Part shown: one piece after another, positions 32,127 to 46,323 of the stretch
How the letters are laid out: every line of letters starts with the position of its first letter
How positions within the stretch are numbered: the first letter of the stretch is position 1
Source of the DNA: the human T2T-CHM13v2.0 reference genome, Homo sapiens
Length of the DNA stretch: 64,000 bases
Assembly (NCBI RefSeq): GCF_009914755.1
Contig: NC_060927.1
Reading direction: 5' to 3' (one strand)
The notes under the pieces: generated by a model
Database searches by the model: none
Told to the model about the DNA's origin: nothing
Seen by the model: the letters and a program-made list of their open reading frames with translations, nothing else
Made by a program: the position numbers and the translations under genes

Positions 32127-33003
32127 ACATTTTCTTGTAGATCCACAGTGCCCCCACCCACACAGATCCATGGCAAACACACCACCATGGATGACACATG
32201 GGCACAGCAGACCCCTCACTGGAGAGGCAGCAGCTGGGGCAGCATGAGGCTCCCATGATCTCTCAGCCTCGCAAGCGCTGTACAAGATGCTGATAGGGTT
32301 AAAATAGATAGCTATCTGCTTACATTTGCGAAAAGAAACTGAAAAGATAAACCAAAACCAATAAAAATGCAGATGGAAGTTATTCTTCTGCGAGTATACT
32401 TTATACAGTTTTAGCATCTTGTTAATATTTCACATATCCAAAAGATAAAATTCAATCAAAAAGGAAAGATAATCCCTAATTTAAAAAAATTGAAATACAT
32501 ATTTTATTGTTTTTAACTCTATATCAAGTTAGTGACATAACTACATAGAAAATAATTACTTGAAGTCATTAACACAGCATTTTGATATATTTGCTCAATG
32601 GAATATATTCTAAGGACAAATAGAGCTGCAAAGAAATCGTAAAATTCATGCATTAGATACTTATTGTTAATAGTAATATCAGTATTATTTCAAAACTGTT
32701 TTATATGTTGCAGAAGAAAGCAATAACTATGTTAATATTGTTGGGAATCAAAACCTCTCTTTCAGCATGTGTATATATATATATATATATATATAGTCCC
32801 TGTAATGTTAAATTTGAATTGGAAATATCAGTATGAGCCTGTGATTTTTAAAAAATTTCCAGAAATATGTATTTCCTAGCTCTGTCCACTGAGAAGTCCT
32901 AGAAGTGATGACAGCACAGCTTGTGGCCTTTAAATATCATTTCCCACTCAACAAACCAAGTTTCCTTGGAGAAATGGAGGATTCCAGGTCTATGCATATA
33001 TAT

Positions 33004-33004
<1 letters not shown>

Positions 33005-33042
<38 letters not shown>
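33005..33042. repeat. (CA)n microsatellite
   Basis: Read directly from the sequence. Confidence 0.95.
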
Positions 33043-33047
<5 letters not shown>

Positions 33048-33671
33048 GGCACCTTGCCTTTTTCATTGATATTGATAAGATGATCATGTAGAAATTGAAT
33101 CATCCTTGTCTTAGGTGGTGGAGATCTGGAGAACATTTAATTTAACCCAAAGAGATTAATTTGTAAAATCAGAATGCCCATTTATTATTTTAGGTAGTGA
33201 AATAACACTACGAAATAAACTAGATATTCACACTGGCATTCTCTGTCTGTGGGCAGATCTTGGGAAGCCAAATTATAAGCAGAAGTAGCTTCTGAGCGCC
33301 AAACCCGAGTGAAGAGAGTTAGGTGGTAGCCCTAGGGGTTGACGTTCTCAAGTCATGGTCATCCCACGCAGTCTCCACGTAGACAACTCAATATGCAACT
33401 ACTCCATGGAGCGGACTGTTGCCCTGTCCCACCTGGGTTTGCAGTGTTATAGACCCTTGGCCTCCATTCACCCTTTGGCCCTCCCTTCCCTCTTTTTTTT
33501 TTTTTTTCTGGCCACCCTCCTCCCCACTGGCAGCCTCTTTCTTTAGATATATTAAGACTATCAAGCCTTAGCAAGCAAAAGATCACATCTGTCCCTGCAG
33601 ATGTGTTTTTGTACCACTTGGCATACAATATTGGTTGTCCACATTTCACATACAAATACAGAATTCTGACT

Positions 33672-33969
33672 TCAGAGACAGGGCCTCGCTCTGTCAGCCA
33701 GGCTGGAGTGCAGTGATGCAATCATGGCTCACTGCAACCTCAGCTTTGACCTCCTGGGAACAAGTGATCCTCCCACCTCAGCCTCCCAAGTAGCTTGGAC
33801 GCCAAGTGTGCACTGTCACGCCCAGCTAATTTTTATTTTATTTTATTTTTTTAAGACAGGGTCTCACTATGATGCCCAGGCTGGTCTCAAATGCCTGAGC
33901 TCAAGCAATCCTCCTGCTTCGGCCTCCCAAAGTGCTGGGATTACAGGTGTGAGCCACAGTGCCCAGGCT
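33672..33969 (-). mobile_element. AluJ
   Basis: Diverged Alu. Confidence 0.85.
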
Positions 33970-35334
33970 TCTTTTTTTTTTACAAAAAGAGAAAAAAATA
34001 GGAAAACAAATTGAGCCACAAGTAGTTGGAGAAGTAGAAGCTATCCAAAATCCCCAGTTTACCATGGACCCGCCCTGCCCAGCTCACTCATTTCTATCAC
34101 TTGTCTTGCCACTGTCAGTACTGAATTTGCAATCCTGGCTTTAAGATTCTTCTGTAGGATCAGTCCCTCTGCTGAGCCACTGCCCTCATTCAGTAGTGAA
34201 CTATCAGAAGAAAATCTTTCTTCTTATTAATAGTACTCAGGTTCAAGGCTTGACTAGGATATCTCCCTGCTGGCTTCCTGTCTGCATTGGCACCATTTAG
34301 TGATGAACTAGTTAAAGCCATGCCATAGAAGAACTTTGCCAAAGAGAAAGAAAGCAAGGCCTGAGCCTTGAGGAAAGCCCACAGCAGAAAAGCAGAGGGG
34401 GGAAAAGATGCCTCCCCAGAATGGGCTTCCTATTTGCTCTTTTTTTTTTTTTTACATTTCTCATGTACAGACTTGAGAATCAGTCCCTTTTCTGGAACAA
34501 AATCTCCGTAGCCAGAATCCCTGAGGCAAATCTCCAATGTGAAGCTTCCTGCCTGGATTCACTAGCTGAGTCTTTGCACACGTTTGCCTTGTTATAGGCT
34601 GACATTCCTGACATAAGCATGTGTGAAGCAATCCCCTTTGTATGAATTATGTATAGGCTGGAACCCAAATTATTTCTGATCCCCATTACAGATGTTAGCC
34701 TTTTTTAACTCTGACATAGACACATCCAGTGGTTGCCCATGAGATATGAATCTGGGCACGCCTGAAGTTTGGCGAATTTTGTTTCTCTGGGGTCCTGCTC
34801 ACTAGCAGCCTCCAACTCCATGCTCTGACTCCCACCCCCCACCTACACAGATGCGTGATAAACCCACTGCCATGGGAGGTGTGTGGGTATGGCTGACCAT
34901 CCCTGGGTGGCAGCAGTTGGGACGGTGGAGGCTCCCAAGAGCTCCCCTCCTCTCAGTGTTGGCCACATCACCATGTTCCACCTGCTCAAAAGAGCCGTGG
35001 TTGATCTCTCTGGGCCAAATCTCACTGAACATTTACAGTATCCAGAACTCATCCTTTGCCACACGGCTCCCCATTGCCATTTTCCACATATTATATGTTT
35101 GGTTAATGTCTCCTTCTCTCACTATAAGGGCACCATGTGTGTTTTGTTCATCTATTTATATCCAGCATCTGATATACTCCCTACCCAGAGCAGGCACTCA
35201 GTAACAACTGTATAAGATAATTGATTTCAGAGCATTCACAGTGGCAAGGACCTTAGATGAAATCTGGTTGCTTTCTTTATTTGACAGATGAATACAGTGG
35301 TGAAGAAATGTTCCCAAATCACGTGGATTTTCAG

Positions 35335-35555
35335 AGAGGCAGCATTAAGTAGTGGTTAAGACCAAAGACTCTGAAGGCAAAGTGCCTGGGTTCGTATCTT
35401 AGCTCTACCACTTACTGACTCAGTAAGCACTTAACATCTTTGTACCTCAGTCTCCTTATCTAGAAAAGTGAAATAACTGTAGTGGCTCATAAGGTTATTA
35501 TGAGGATTAAATGATGTTAATAAGCACTTTATAAAGTGCTTAAAATAGTACTATT
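35335..35555 (+). mobile_element. MIR
   Basis: gcctgggttcgtatcttagctctaccacttact...cctcagtctccttatctagaaaa core. Confidence 0.75.
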
Positions 35556-37027
35556 TTAAATGTTTGTGTTTGTCAAAAAAAAAGAAAAAAAGAGGCTAGG
35601 ATAGGACCAAATTCTATGCCTCTTAACACCTCATCTGGTGCTTTTCACAAAACTGCCTAATGTTATTTTGGCATTGGTATACAGTAGTGCTGTCCAGTAG
35701 AATTTTTCATGAAAATAGAAAGGCTCTACACTGTCCAATATGGTAGCCCACTGGCCCCACGCGGCTGAGTACTTGAAATGAGGCTAGCATGACTAAAGAA
35801 ATTAATTTTTAATTTGTTTGCTTTAACTAACCTTTAATTTGAATTAAACTATCCTAATAGACAGGGTCGTTGTAACAGCTAAGTCATCATGGCTGATAGA
35901 ATACATGTCCTACTGCCCTAAAACTCTGGAGGATCCTTTTGAGCATGAACATTACAGTGTTCTGGAAGCCCAGAGACTCTCCACATCTTTATTTTGGCCA
36001 GACCTCCCAGGCCAGGCACCTGACATCAAAGTGAGGTTGCTGTTCTATCAGGTTGCTGTACAGGTTGGCATATCCCCCAAAACTGTGGCTAAATAAACCC
36101 ATTAAGAGCATCTTCCTTTTTTTCCAGGACCATACATGATGAATTTTAAAACAACAACAGTCTATAGATAAACAAGACTTTCAAAGCTCTAGCATGAACA
36201 TTTTTTTCAACCAGCTTTAGAATTATATATTCTTCAAGAATGCTTCAAATGCTACATTTAGAGAACAACTTTTCCATATGCATAGCTTTCTACTGCCATT
36301 AAAAAAAAGTCAATCCAAGAAAAAGGCAAGACCTCAACTGCTTGGTTTCCAAATTAAGCTACAGCTTGAGCTAAAAATAGCTTGCCAGTGTTGAGAATCT
36401 GTTCCCTGAATTTAAATGGCTTGCTTCTCTCCCAGAGGACAACATTCACTGTGTTCCATGGCAGGGTTGGACTCTGGGAAAGCACACTTCATTTTTTCTC
36501 TGCATTCATTTCTGCTTTGTGCTCAGAGCAGAGTAAAAAAACTAACAATAGTTTTATGTTCCACACATATGCATTGTGAAGTGTAATGAGCATAAATATC
36601 TATAGCTTTTAGTAGGAGTGTGTGTGTATGTGCATGTGTGCGTGCATGTACGTGTGTGTGTGAATTCAGCTTTGCGTAGATAATCCTAAAGGTATCTATA
36701 AAAGCCTGAAAGTATGTTCTGAAATAGATTTTACCTTCTTTTTTTCCAAACGTGTTACCATTTAGTCTACTAAAATTTATCTTCTCCTAATTGTCACTGA
36801 AAAGTTTCATGCTTTTTAATTTTAAAAATAGTCTCTATTTTTTTTTATATCTCGTGGAACTCGGGGATGGCTTTCTAACTGGTGGTAAAGACCAGAAGAT
36901 GAAAATAAGAGATGTAAGTTGCAGGCTCAATATGGGGAAAAGGTTGTATTTCAAGATGGGTTGTATTACATATACTTAAAATTTTTTCAATACTAAAGAA
37001 AGGATAAGGCATTTCTCATGTGCAGCA

Positions 37028-37322
37028 ATTTTTTTTTTTTTTTTTTTTGAGACAGGTTCTTGTTCTGTCACCAGGCTGGTAGTGTGATCACTGCTCACTC
37101 TAGCCTTGACCTCCTGGGCTTAAGCAAGCCTCCCACCTCAGCCTCCCAAGTAGCCAGGACTACAGATGTGTGCCGCCACCTCGGTTAATTTTTGTACTTT
37201 TTAGTAGAGGTGAGGTTTCTCCATATTGCCCAGGCTGGTCTCAACCTCCTGGGCTCAAGTGATCCTCTTGCCTTGGCTTCCCAGAATGTTGGGATTACAG
37301 GCATGAGCCACTGCATCTGGCC
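37028..37322 (-). mobile_element. AluJ
   Basis: Poly(T) followed by a diverged Alu. Confidence 0.85.
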
Positions 37323-38326
37323 TACAACATTTTTTTTTAAGTTTTCATTTTTATCAGCTGTACATGTACATAGTTTAAATGGTCAAATAATTCTATAAAC
37401 CTTATAATTATTTTTTAGGATGAGTGCTTCTGCATATGTAAATACTTCCATAGGTACCTGCAAAGCCCTCCTTTTTTATTTTCTTGTTCACATGGACAAT
37501 GCATTTGAAGTATAATAGCCATGCTTCATAACATCAATGTTCTCTCTCCCACCTACCCCTTTTAAAAATTTTTTGAAATCTTTGATACTGTTTTTTATTT
37601 AAAAAGTTATTGCATTCAACAGGAGTGGGGTAAAAATTTTAAACTTATGGATACATATCATAAAATTAAAATAATTCAGAAATATAGAAAATATAAAATA
37701 AAAGCCCTCTGAAATCTCACTTTCCCATGGATAACCACAAAGTTTGATGCTTATCCTTCCTGATCCCTCAACCCCTACCTGGTAGTCATTGGCAGGCAAT
37801 CGACATTTCATTTACTCATTCAACACATTTTTTAAGATTAAATGTAGAATGAGACACTGTGCTGCAGAAGGATTACAGTGATGACAAGGATGAATCAGAA
37901 CTAGTTGATACCTCAGGAATGCATAGCAGAGTTGAGGCATGAGCTGATATAAAATTGAGAAAATGAAATGTGCTGAAAGGAGCACACTGTGCCATGGAGC
38001 TCAGCTGAGAAGAGAGGGTTTCCATCAGGGCGGACTAGGACAGGTGTCCCAGAAGAAGCTGCATTTAGGCTGGGTCAGAGATATAGGTATGATGTGGACA
38101 TGGAAAGATGGGGAAAGGCATTCTAGAGTCAAGGAACAGAATGAATCCAAGAAGGAATATACCCAAAGCAAACAACGCTTGATGAATTTTGTTTAAGACA
38201 CAGAAGCAGCCCATGGAAAAGCATGGTGGGAAGTTGCCTTTAGTCATCCTGACTTAGGTTGCACCTTCTCTGAGGGCAATGAGAAGAACTTCAAGTTTAC
38301 AGGGCAAGGGTGTGAAGCTGACAGAG

Positions 38327-38713
38327 TGTTAGGGGCTGAATTATGTCCCCCAGCAAATTCATATGTTGAATCCCTAATCTCCAATGTACCCGTATTTGGA
38401 GATAGAGCCTTTCTGGAGGAAATTAAGGTTAAATGAGGTCATAAGAGTGGTGCCCTAATCTAATAGGACTGGGTGTCCTATACGAAGAAGAAGAGACAAT
38501 AGGGGTGTGATTGGGCAAAGAAAAGCTTGTGTGGGGACACTGTAAAAAGGTGGCCACCTGCAAGCCAAGGAGAGAGGCTTCACCAGAAACCAACCCTGCC
38601 AGCACCTTCATCTTGGAGCTCCAGCTTCCAAAACTGTGAAAAATTATAATATCTGTTGTTTAAGCTGCCCAGTCTGTGGCATTTTGTTATGGCAGCCCTG
38701 GAAGACTAATACA
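38327..38713 (+). mobile_element. MLT1B-like solo LTR
   Basis: tgttaggggctgaattatgtcccc...ggcagccctggaagactaataca. Confidence 0.8.
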
Positions 38714-38989
38714 CAACTTACTTTTGGTTTAGAACATTTCTTGGTTCTTACTAAAGAATAGGCTTTAGAATGGCCACATCTTAAAATGATGGAATTACTT
38801 TTATCCTTTGTGTTCTTTCCTTCTCCAGTTAAATAAGTGAGATTGACTTTATTGCTGTGTTTTATCATCATTTAATGTGAGAGCCTGATATTGAAAACCC
38901 ATTAATATTTACAGTATGCTAACTTCTCTACAAATATCCAAAAGTCACAGTCTTAGCAACCTGAGCGATTTCAGTAATACGGCTTAATA

Positions 38990-39143
38990 AAAATAACAAT
39001 AAAGTTAACACAGCTACTAGCACTGGGTGTTTACAATGTGTCAGATAGTATTCTAAGTGCTTTTTGTATATTGATTCATTTAATCCTCACAACAAGCCTG
39101 TCTGGTAGTTACTATTATTACCCCATTTTACAGATTAGGAAGC
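38990..39143 (-). mobile_element. MIR, left half (target of the outer HERV-H; continues at 50188-50255)
   Basis: tttaatcctcacaac...ccccattttacagattaggaagc, continuing as gacaccaggcacaag...tttgccccag...ctgggatt. Confidence 0.75.
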
Positions 39144-39531
39144 TGTCATGCACGTCCACGTGAAGAGACCACCAACAGGCTTTGTGTGAGCAACAAGGCT
39201 GTTTATTTCACCTGGGTGCAGGCAGGCTAAGTCCAAAAAGAGTCAGTGAAGGGAGATAGGGGTGGGGCTGTGTTATAGGATTTGGGTAGGTAGTAGAAAA
39301 TTACAGTCAAAGGGGGTTATTCTCTGGTGGGCAGGGGCGGGGGTCACAAGGTGCTCAGTGGGGGAGCTTCTGAGCCAGGAGAAGGAATTTCACAAGGTAA
39401 TGTCATCAGTAAAGGTGGGAACCAGCCATTTCTACTTCTTTTGTGATTCTTCACTTGCTTCAGGCCATCTGGATGTATACATGCAGGTCACAGGGGATAT
39501 GATGGATTAGCTTGGGCTCAGAGGCCTGACA
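39144..39531 (-). mobile_element. Outer 3' LTR7
   Basis: tgtcatgcacg...gaggcctgaca; PPT (ttcctatcttctt on + strand) immediately adjacent. Confidence 0.93.
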
Positions 39532-40907
39532 TTCCTATCTTCTTGTATTAATAAGAAAAATAACGTAAAATAGTGTTGAAGTGTTGGGGCAGCAAAAATT
39601 TTCGGGGGGTGGTATGGAGAGATAATGGGTGATGTTTCTCAGGGCTGCTTCGAGAGGGATTAGGGTCAGCATGGGAACCTAGAGTGGGAGAGATTAAGCT
39701 GAAGGAATATTTTGTGATAAGGGGTGATATTGTGGGGTTGTTAGAAGAAACATTTGTTGTATAGAATGGTTGGTGATGGCCTGGATACAGTTTTGTATGA
39801 ATTGAGAAACTAAATGCAAGACACAGGGTCTGAATAAGAGAAGGAGAAAAACAGGTATTAAAGGACTAAAAATTGGGAAGACCCAGGACATCCAATTAGA
39901 GAGTGCCCAAGGGAGTTCAGTGCAATTACTTGCTTGATTGGTGAGTTTTTGGGCTCTATTCTTGAGAGAGTCCTCTTTTTTAAGTTGGAGGCTGCCTGTT
40001 TTTAAAAGACCATTAGTCCATTTTACCTTTCCTGAAGATTGAGGACAGTAAGGGGTATGAAGGTTTTACCAAATACCAAGAGCCTGAGAAACTGCTTGGG
40101 TGATTTGACTAATAAAGGCCAGTTCATTTTTGGACTGTACAGAGGTGGGAAGGCCAAACCTAAGAATTTTGTCTTACAGAAGGGAAGAAATGACCATGGT
40201 GGCCTTTTCAGACTCTGTGGGAAAGGCCTCTACCCATCCAGTGAAAGTGTCTACCCAGACTAAGAGGTATTTTAGTTTTCTGACTCAGGGAATGTGAATA
40301 AAGTCAACTTGCCAGTCCTGGGTGGGGGCAAATCCCCAAGCTTGATGTGTAGGGAAGGGAGGGGGCCTGAACAATCCCTGAGCAGTAGTAGAATAGCAGA
40401 TGGAACACTGAGAAGTGATTTCCTTGAGGACAGATTTCCACAATGGAAAGGAAATGAGAGGTTTTAAGAGGCGGGCTAGCGGCTTGTAACCTACATGGAA
40501 GAGGTTATGAAACAATAACAGAATAGAATGGGCCTGTGAGGCTGGAAGGAGATATTTTTCTTAGTCTAAGAACCATTCGCCTTGTGTGGGAAGAGATTGA
40601 TAGGTGGAAGTTTCAGTGGGGGAGTAGGTGGGAGTGACCGATGAGAAGGAGAAAAACTGGCTGTGAGGGACAGAAGTTGGAATGCTAGCTGCTTCTTTAG
40701 CTACCTTATCAGCATAACCATTGCGCTGAGTGATGGGATCTGATGCCTTTTGATGGCCCTTGCAGTGAATGACTCCAGCTTCCTTTGGAAGTAAAGCGGC
40801 CTTGAGAAGAGTTTTTATTAAAGAGGCATTAATGATGGAGGATCCTCGCATAGTGAGGAAACCTCTTTCAGTCCATATAACAGCATGGTGGTGCAGGATA
40901 TGGAAGG

Positions 40908-41320
40908 TGTCAGGCCTCAGAGCCCAAGCTAAGCCATCATATTCCCCGTGACCTGCACATACACATCCAGATGGCCGGTTCCTGCCTTAACTGATGACAT
41001 TCCACCACAAAAGAAGTGAAAATGGCCTGTTCCTGCCTTAACTGATGATATTACCTTGTGAAATTCCTTCTCCTGGCTCATCCTGGCTCAAAAGCTCCCC
41101 TGCTGAGCACCTTGTGACCCCCACCCCTGCCTACCAGAGAACAACCCCCCTTTGACTGTAATTTTCCTTTACCTACCCAAATCTTATAAAACGGCCCCAC
41201 CCCTATCTCCCTTCGCTGACTGTCTTTTCGGACTCAGCCCGCCTGCACCCAGGTGATTAAAAAGCTTTATTGCTCACACAAAGCCTGTTTGGTGGTCTCT
41301 TCACATGGACATGAGTGAAA
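40908..41320 (+). promoter_or_regulatory. Inner 5' LTR7 (promoter with TATA-like ttataaaa; ATTAAA polyA signal)
   Basis: tgtcaggcctc...gagtgaaa. Confidence 0.9.
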
Positions 41321-41323
41321 TTT

Positions 41324-41341
41324 TGGTGCCGTGACTCGGAT
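41324..41341 (+). promoter_or_regulatory. Primer-binding site, tRNA-His
   Basis: TGGTGCCGTGACTCGGAT, the canonical HERV-H PBS. Confidence 0.95.
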
Positions 41342-44300
41342 CGGGGGACCTCCTTTGGGAGATCAATCTCCTGTCCTCCTGCTCTTTGCTCCATGAGAAA
41401 GATCCACCTATGACCTCTGGTCCTCAGACCAACCAGCCCAAGGAACATCTCACCAATTTTAAATTGGGTAAGCGGCCTCTCTTTACTCTCTTCTCCAACC
41501 TCTCTTGCTATCCCTCAACCTCTTTCTCCTTTCAATCTTGGTGCCACACTTCAATCTCTCCTTTATCTTAATTTCAGTTCCTTTCCTTTTCTGGTAGAGA
41601 CCAAGGAGACACGTTTTATCCGTGAACCCAAAACTCTGGCACCGGTAACGGACTCGGGAAGACAGTCTTCCCTTGGTGTTTAATCACGCAGGGACGCCTG
41701 CCTGATTATTCACCCACGTTTCAGAGGTGTCTGACCATGTGGGGACGCCTGCCTTGGTCCTTCACCCTTAGTGGCAAGTACCGCTTTTCTGGGGGGCAAG
41801 AACCCTCTGACCCCTTCTCTCCGTGTCTCTACCCCTTCTCCACTTTCCTGGGGGGCAAGCACCCCCCATCCCTTCTCTTCATGTCTCTACTCTCTCTTTT
41901 CTCTGGACTTGCCTCCTTCACTATGGGCAACCTTCCACCCTCCATTCCTCCCTCTTCTCCCTTAGCCTGTGTTCTCAGAAACTTAAAACCTCTTTAACTC
42001 ACACCTGACCTAAAACCTAAGTGCCTTATTTTCTTCTGCAATGCTGCTTGACCCCAATACAAACTCGACAGTAGTTCCAAATAGCCAGAAAATGGCAGTT
42101 TTGATTTTTCCATGCTACAAGATCTAAATAATTCCTGTCATAAAATGGACAAACAGTCTGAGGTGCCTGATATTCAGGCATTCTTTTACACATGGTTCCC
42201 TCCTTAGTCTCTGTTCCCAATGCAACTCGTCCCAAATCTTCCTTCTTTCCCTCCCGCCTGTCCCCTCAGCCCCAACCACAAGTGTCGCTGAGTCTTTCTT
42301 CTTTTGAATCTTCCTTTTCTACAGACCCGTCTGACCTCTCCCCTCCTCCCCAGGCTGCTCATTGCCAGGCCAAGCTAGGTCTCAATTTTTCCTCAGCCTC
42401 CACTCGCCCACCCTATAGTCCTTTTATCACCTCCCCTCTTCACACTCGGTCCGGCTAACAGTTTCATTCTGTGACTAGCCCTCCCCCAAGCAATTTCCTC
42501 TTAAAAAGGTGGCTGGAGCTAAAGGCATAGTCAAGGTTAATGCTCCTTTTTCTTCATCCCAAATCAGATAGCATTTAGACTCTTTTTCATCAAATATAAA
42601 AAACCAGCCCAGTTCATGGCTCATTTGGCAGCAACCCTGAGATGCTTTACAGCCCTAGACCCTGAAAGGTCAGAAGGCCATCTTATTCTCAATATGCATT
42701 TTACTTTATTACCTAATCTGCTCCCAACATTAAATAAAGCTCCAAAAATTAAATTCCGGCCCTCAAACCCTGCAACAGGACTTAATTAACCTCGCCTTCA
42801 AGGTGTACAATAAAAGAGTAGAGGCAGCCAAGTAGCAACATATTTCTGAGTTGCAATTCCTTGCCCCCACTGTGAGACAAACCCCAGCCACATCTCCAGC
42901 ACACAAGAACTTCCAAACACCTAAACCGCAGTGGCCAGGCATTCCTCCAGGCCTGCCTCTCCCAGGAGCTTGCTACAAGTGCCAGAAATATGGCCACTGG
43001 GTCAAGGAATGCCCACAGCCTGGGATTCCTCCCAAGCCATGTGCCATCTGTGTGGGACCCCACTGGAAATCAGACTGTTCAACTCACCCGGTAGCCACTT
43101 CCAGAGCCCCTAAAACTCTGGCCCAAAGCTCTCTGACTCCATCCCAGATCTTCTTGGTTTAGCGGCTGAAGACTGACACTGCCCAATCACCTCAAAAGCC
43201 CTCTAGACCATAACAGACACCAAGCTTCAGGTAACTCTCACAGTGGAGGGTAAGTCCATCCCCTTTTTAATCAATACAGAGGCTACCCACTCCACATTAC
43301 CTTCTTTTCAAGGGCCTGTTTCCCTTGCCTCCATAACTGTTGTATTGATGGCCAGGCTTCTAAACCTCTTAAAACTCCCCAACTCTGGTGCCAACTTGGA
43401 CAACACTCTTTTATGCACTCTTTTTTAGTTATCCCCACCTGCCCACCTCCCTTATTAGGCCGAGACATTTTAACTAAATGATCTGCTTCCCTAACTATTC
43501 CTAGGCTACAGCCACACCTCGTTGCTGCCTTTTCTCCCAGTTCGAAGCCTCCTTCACATCCTCCTGTTGTATCTCCCCATTTAAACCACAAGTATAGGAC
43601 ACCTCTACTCCCTCCTCGGCAACCGATCATGCACCCCTCACCATCCCATTAAAATCTAATCACCCTTACCCTGCTCAATGCCAATATCCCATCCCACAGC
43701 ATGTTTTAAAAGGATTAAAGTCTGTTATCACTCGCCTGCTACAGCATGGTCTTTTAAAGCCTATAAACTCCCTTTACAGTTCCCCCATTTTGTCTGTCCA
43801 AAAACCGGAAAGCCTTACAGGTTAGTTCAGGATCTGCGCCTTATCAACCAAATTGTTTTTTGCCTATCCACCCCGTGGTGGCACACCCATATACTCTCCT
43901 AACCTCAATGCCTCCCTTCACAACCCATTATTCTGTTCTGGATCTCAAACATGCTTTCTTTACTATTCCTTTGCACCCTTCATCCCAGCCTCTCTGCTTT
44001 CACTTAGACTGACCCTGACACCCATCAGGCTCAGCAAATCACCTGGGCTGTACTGCCGCAAGGCTTCACAGACAGCCCGCATTACTTCAGTCGAGCCCAA
44101 ATTTCTTCCTCAGCTGTTACCTATCTCGGCATAATTCTCATAAAAACACACGTGCTCTCCCTGCTGATCATGTCCAGCTAATCTCCAAAACCCCAATCCC
44201 TTCTACAAAACAACAACTCCTTTCCTTCCTAGGCATGGTTAGTGCAGTCAGAATTCTTACACAAGAGCTGGGACCGTGCCCTATAGCTTTTTTATCCAAA

Positions 44301-44345
44301 TAACTTGACCTTACTGTTTTAGCCTAGCCCTCACGTCAGTGTGCG

Positions 44346-45374
44346 GTGGCTGCCGCCGCCCTAATACTTTTAGAGGCCCTCAAAATCACAAACTATGCTC
44401 AACTCACTCTCTACAGTTCTCATAACTTCCAGAATCTATTTTCTTCCTCCCACCTGACGCATATACTTTCTGCTCCCCGGCTCCTTCAGCTGTACTCACT
44501 CTTTGTTGAGTCTCCCACAGTTACCATTGTTCCTGGCCCAGACTTCAATCCGGCCTCCCACATTATTCCTGATACCACACCTGACCCCCATGATTGTACC
44601 TCTCTGATCCACCTGACATTCACTCCATTTCCCCAAATTTCCTTCTTTCCTGTTCCTCACCCTGATCACACTTGGTTTATTGATGGCAGTTCCACCAGGC
44701 CTAATCACCACACACCAGCAAAGGCAGGCTATGCTATAGTACAAGCCACTAGCCCGCCTCTTAGAACCTCTCATTTCCTTTCCATCGTGGAAATCTATCC
44801 TCAAGGAAATCACTTCTCAGTGTTCCATCTGCTATTCTACTACCCCTCAGAGATTGTTCAGGCCCCCTCCCTTCCCTACACATCAAACTCGGGGATTTGC
44901 CCCACCCAGGACTGGCAAATTGATATTACTCACATGCCCCAAGTCAGAAAACTAAAATACCTCTTAGTCTTGGTAGACACAGGGTCTAAGAAGGCGACCG
45001 TGGTCATTTCTTCCCTTCTGTCAGACATAATTCCTCGGTTTGGCCTTCCCACCTCTATACAGTCTGATAACGGACCAGCCTTTATTAGTCAAATCACCCA
45101 GGCAATTTCTCTAGCTCTTGGTATTCAGCGAACTCATGGTCTTTTAAAAACTCACCTCACCAACCTCAGCCACCAACTTAAAAAGGACTGGACAATACTT
45201 TTACCACTTTCTCTTCTCAGAATTCAGGCCTGTCCTCGGAATGCTACAGGGTACAGCCCATTTGAGCTCCTGTATAGATGCTCCTTTTTATTAGGCCCCA
45301 GTCTCATTCCAGACACCAGACCAACTTGGACTGCACCCCAAAAAAACTTGTCATCCCTACTATCTTCTGTCTAG
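44346..45374 (+). pseudogene. HERV-H pol remnant ORF (connection/RNase H start fused by deletion to integrase pieces)
   Basis: 342 aa from a GTG start; motifs WFIDGSS, QDWQID, IQSDNGPAF and GYSPFELLY, with large internal deletions. Confidence 0.8.
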
Positions 45375-45919
45375 TCATACTCCTATTCACCATTCTCAAC
45401 TACTCATAAATGCCCTGCTCTTGTTTACGCTGCCAGTTTACACTGTTTCTCCAAGCCATCACAGCTGATATCTCTTGGTGCTATCCCCAAACCGTCACTC
45501 CTAACTCCCTCTTAAAGTAAATAAATAATCTTTGCTGGCAGGGCTATGCTGAACCTACTTAGGCACTCTCTAATTGGATGCCCTGAGTCCTCTCAATTCT
45601 TAGTCCTTTAATACCTGTTTTTCTCTTTGTCTCATTCCATTCTTTTTTAATTCATACAAAACCATATCCAGGCCATCACCAATCATTCTATATGACAAAT
45701 GTTTCTTCTAACAACCCCGCAATATCACCCCTTACCACAAAATCTTCCTTCAGCTTAATCTCTCCTACTCTAGGTTCCCAAGCTGCCCCTAATCCCACTC
45801 GAAGCAGCCCTGAGAAACATCGCCCATTCTCTCTCCATACCACCCCCAAAAATTTTCGCCGCCCCAACACTTCAACACTATTTTGCCTTATTTTTCTTAT
45901 TAATATAAGAAGACAGGAA

Positions 45920-46323
45920 TGTCAGGCCTCTGAGCCCAAGCTAAGCCATCATATCCCCTGTGACCTGCATGTACACATCCAGATAGCCAGTTCCTGCCTT
46001 AACTGATGACATTCCACCACAAAAGAAGTTAAAATGGCCTGTTCCTGCCTTAACTGATGACATTACCTTGTGAAATTCCTTCTCCTGGCTCAAAAGCTCC
46101 CCCACTGAGCACCTTGTGAACCCCCGCCCCTGCCCACCAGAGAACAACCCCCTTTTGACTGTAATTTTCCTTCACCTACCCAAATCTTATAAAACGGCCA
46201 CACCCCTATCTCCCTTCGCTGATTCTCTTTTAGGACTCAGCCCGCCTGCACCCAGTTGATTAAAAAGTTTTATTGCTCACACAAAGCCTGTTTGGTGGTC
46301 TCTTCGCACGGACGCGAGTGAAA
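45920..46323 (+). mobile_element. Inner 3' LTR7
   Basis: Preceded by PPT aagaagacaggaa; tgtcaggcctc...gagtgaaa. Confidence 0.93.

Larger units (their letters stand above)
40908..46323 (+). mobile_element. Inner HERV-H provirus (RTVL-H2-like deleted form, 5416 bp)
   Basis: Two LTR7s, His PBS, PPT, gag zinc knuckle CYKCQKYGHWVKEC, protease remnant FLINTEATHS, pol remnants; TSD GAAGG at 40903-40907 and 46324-46328. Confidence 0.97.

Noticed and set aside
39660-40260. HERV-H env as a coding gene
   Set aside because: Only a short TM remnant with stops remains in either provirus.
44346-45374. 342-aa ORF as a functional or domesticated protein
   Set aside because: GTG start, deletion-fused pol pieces with an out-of-frame stretch, and incomplete RNase H and integrase; typical of deleted HERV-H.
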